64,000 bases of DNA from Anaerolineaceae bacterium (lineage in GTDB: Bacteria; Chloroflexota; Anaerolineae; Anaerolineales; UBA11657), in assembly GCA_003569365.1 (NCBI GenBank), contig BGOS01000020.1, positions 4,050 through 68,049 on the forward strand. The letters run 5' to 3'. Positions 61,787 through 64,000 of the stretch are shown one piece after another. The notes below the pieces were generated by a model that ran no database searches, was not told the DNA's origin, and worked only from the letters and a program-made list of their open reading frames with translations. The translations under genes and the position numbers were made by a program. The number at the start of each line of letters is the position of its first letter. The first letter of the stretch is position 1.

Positions 61787-63823
61787 CTACTTGCCCTGCA
61801 CCATAATGCGCACTTGCTCCACCACTTCCGGGTTGGCAAGCGTGGTGATGTCGCCCACGGGGCTGCCGTTGGAAATGGCCGCCAGCACGCGGCGCATGAT
61901 TTTGCCAGAGCGCGTCTTGGGCATGTCCGGCACAATCCACACATGCCGTGGCCGTGCAATCTTGCCTATCTCCACCTCAATCGCCTTCACCACCGCCTGC
62001 TCAATTGTTTTGCTGGCTTTCACGCCCGGTTTGAGCGCAATGTAGATTTCCGGCAGCTTGCCCTTGATTTCGTCGTTGACGGGCACCACCGCGGCTTCGG
62101 CCACTTCGTTCACTATCAGGCAGGCTGACTCCAGCTCTTTGGTGCCCAATCGGTGGCCGGCTACATTGATCACATCATCCACGCGCCCCAAGATGCGGTA
62201 GTAGCCATCTGCTGCCAGCACCGCTGCATCGCCGGGGAAGTATGGCCAGTCACGCCAGTCTTTGCTCTTGGGGTTTTTGTTGTACTTGGCAAAGTAAGTT
62301 TTCACGTAGCGTTCGCGGTCGCCCCAGATGGTTTGGAACAGGCCGGGCCACGGGTTGCGGATGATGATGTTGCCAGCTTTGCCGCTGCCGGCCGGCATGT
62401 TTTGGCCGTCCTCATCCAGCACGGATGCGTGAATGCCGGGCGCTGCCGGCCCGGCGCTGCCGGCCTTCATGGAGTGGATGCCGGGCATTGTGCTGCACAA
62501 AACACCGCCGGTCTCTGTTTGCCACCACGTGTCCACAATCACGGCCGCGCCTTTGCCCACAACCTCGTGGTACCACTTCCACACCGTTGGCTCAATCGGC
62601 TCACCCACGGTGGTCATATGCTTGAAGTGATAGTTGTACTTGGCGGGCTCATCCGGCCCCAGTTTGCGCAGCATGCGAATGGTGGTGGGCGCGGTATGGA
62701 AGATATTGACGCCCAGCTGCTCGGCGATGCGCCACGCGCGCCCGGCATCCGGGAAGGTGGGCACGCCCTCAAACAGCACGCTGGTTGCGCCCAGCGCCAG
62801 TGGCCCGTACACAATGTAAGTGTGGCCGGTGATCCAGCCGATGTCGGCCATGCACCAGTACACATCATTGGGGTGGATGTCCTGCACAAGCTTGGAGGTA
62901 CCGGCGGCATACGCCAAATATCCGCCGGTTCCATGCTGGCAGCCTTTGGGGCGCCCGGTGGTGCCGCTGGTGTACATTAAAAACAGCGGCGCCTCGGCGG
63001 GCATGGGCACGGGTGCCACGCGCTTGCCGCGATAGCGCGGCAGTACCTCGTTCATAAAGTGGTCGCGGCCGGCTTGCATGGGCGTGGCGGAGTGGTAGCC
63101 GCCGGTTTTGCGCTGCCACACCAGCACAGTGTCGATCGCCTGTTTTTCGGCAGCCGCTGCGTGCACAGCCTCATCCGCTTTTTCTTTGTGGTCCAGCAGG
63201 GCGCCGCCGCGGTAGTAGCTGTCCATTGTTATCAGCACGCGGCTGCCCGAGTCGGCGGCGCGCTCGCCGCACGCCTTGCCGCTGAAGCCCGCAAACACCA
63301 CAGAATGAATAACGCCTAGGCGCGCGCACGCCAGCATGGTGACCGGCAGCTCAGGCGTCATGGGCAGGTGGATGGTGACGCGATCGCCGGCTTTAAGGTG
63401 CGCAAAATCCTGCAGCAGGGCAGCGGTCTCATTTACACGCACCCACAACTCCTGGTATGTGATGGCCTGATGCGCCTCGCCCTCCGGCTCCGGCACAAAC
63501 AACAGCGCCACTTTGTTGCGGTTGAGCGCCAGGTGCCGGTCCACGCAGTTATGGCTGGCGTTGATGCGCCCGCCCACAAACCACTTGAAGCACGGCGCAT
63601 CGCTGCTGTCCAGCGTGGTGTGCCACGTCTGGTCCCAGTCCAGCAGGTCCGCATATTCCTTAAAACAATCGGGGAAGTTATCCAAGCCGAAGCGCTCAAA
63701 GATGGCGCGGTCGGTGAGGTTGGCCTGCGCCACAAACGCAGCGCTGGGCGGCAGCAAATTTTCCTCCTGCCAGTACACGGCAATCTCGGCTTCGCTAACG
63801 CTGCTGGTGTCTTTGTCGCTCAT
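61787..63823 (-). CDS. acs: Acetyl-CoA synthetase
   Basis: YTSGTTGRPKG, ADIGWITGH, VGEPI, DTWWQTETG, GRVDD, PKTRSGKIMRR. Start at MSDK. Confidence 0.95.
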   Translation of the reverse strand: MSDKDTSSVSEAEIAVYWQEENLLPPSAAFVAQANLTDRAIFERFGLDNFPDCFKEYADLLDWDQTWHTTLDSSDAPCFKWFVGGRINASHNCVDRHLALNRNKVALLFVPEPEGEAHQAITYQELWVRVNETAALLQDFAHLKAGDRVTIHLPMTPELPVTMLACARLGVIHSVVFAGFSGKACGERAADSGSRVLITMDSYYRGGALLDHKEKADEAVHAAAAEKQAIDTVLVWQRKTGGYHSATPMQAGRDHFMNEVLPRYRGKRVAPVPMPAEAPLFLMYTSGTTGRPKGCQHGTGGYLAYAAGTSKLVQDIHPNDVYWCMADIGWITGHTYIVYGPLALGATSVLFEGVPTFPDAGRAWRIAEQLGVNIFHTAPTTIRMLRKLGPDEPAKYNYHFKHMTTVGEPIEPTVWKWYHEVVGKGAAVIVDTWWQTETGGVLCSTMPGIHSMKAGSAGPAAPGIHASVLDEDGQNMPAGSGKAGNIIIRNPWPGLFQTIWGDRERYVKTYFAKYNKNPKSKDWRDWPYFPGDAAVLAADGYYRILGRVDDVINVAGHRLGTKELESACLIVNEVAEAAVVPVNDEIKGKLPEIYIALKPGVKASKTIEQAVVKAIEVEIGKIARPRHVWIVPDMPKTRSGKIMRRVLAAISNGSPVGDITTLANPEVVEQVRIMVQGK

Positions 63824-63937
63824 GATGTTTGAACCTTTGGAGTGGTGGGTGTGCACGCAAATGGAATGTGCGCCAAAACAATCCGCCCCGGAAGCCGCTG
63901 CCGGCCCCGGGGCAGATAATAACTTAACAGCTTGCGG

Positions 63938-64000
63938 CTACTTTTTTGCGCGGGCTGCTGCGGCCGTCACCGCGCGTTCCACAAATACCTGCGACATGGC
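63938..64000 (-). CDS. 3' end of a gene entering from the right edge, possibly an XdhB/CoxM-type FAD subunit
   Basis: Reads ...AMSQVFVERAVTAAAARAKK*, resembling the C-terminal helix of CoxM-type subunits; context is near coxDEF-like genes. Only 20 codons visible. Confidence 0.4.
   Translation of the reverse strand, partial: AMSQVFVERAVTAAAARAKK

Overview
GC-rich bacterial chromosome segment, probably from a Chloroflexota (Anaerolineae-like) organism; this is inferred from gene content, not from a search. It contains the replication origin region: dnaA (39838-41172), a downstream oriC with DnaA boxes and DnaA-trio-like repeats, no adjacent dnaN, and three parS-like sites on the left arm. The left 12 kb is an accessory cell-surface locus. 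It holds the 5' part of a giant secreted protein, an intergenic array of nine 96-bp structured tandem repeats, a long TPR protein, and a ~1980-aa protein (two FecR-like domains, nucleoporin-like FG repeats, RTX repeats) split by a 1-nt frameshift. The remainder is mostly housekeeping and metabolic: holA, priA, gmk, tmk, pdxST, gdh, a Rieske/cytochrome b/diheme c operon, pyrG, trxA, ada, aroK-aroB, aroQ, a split glcD/glcEF, tdh-kbl, coxDEF-like genes and acs. Single-base frameshifts in priA, pdxT and the giant gene suggest assembly indels. I saw no rRNA, tRNA, CRISPR array or transposase. The best novelty candidates are the 96-bp hairpin/terminator array and the FG-repeat surface protein.
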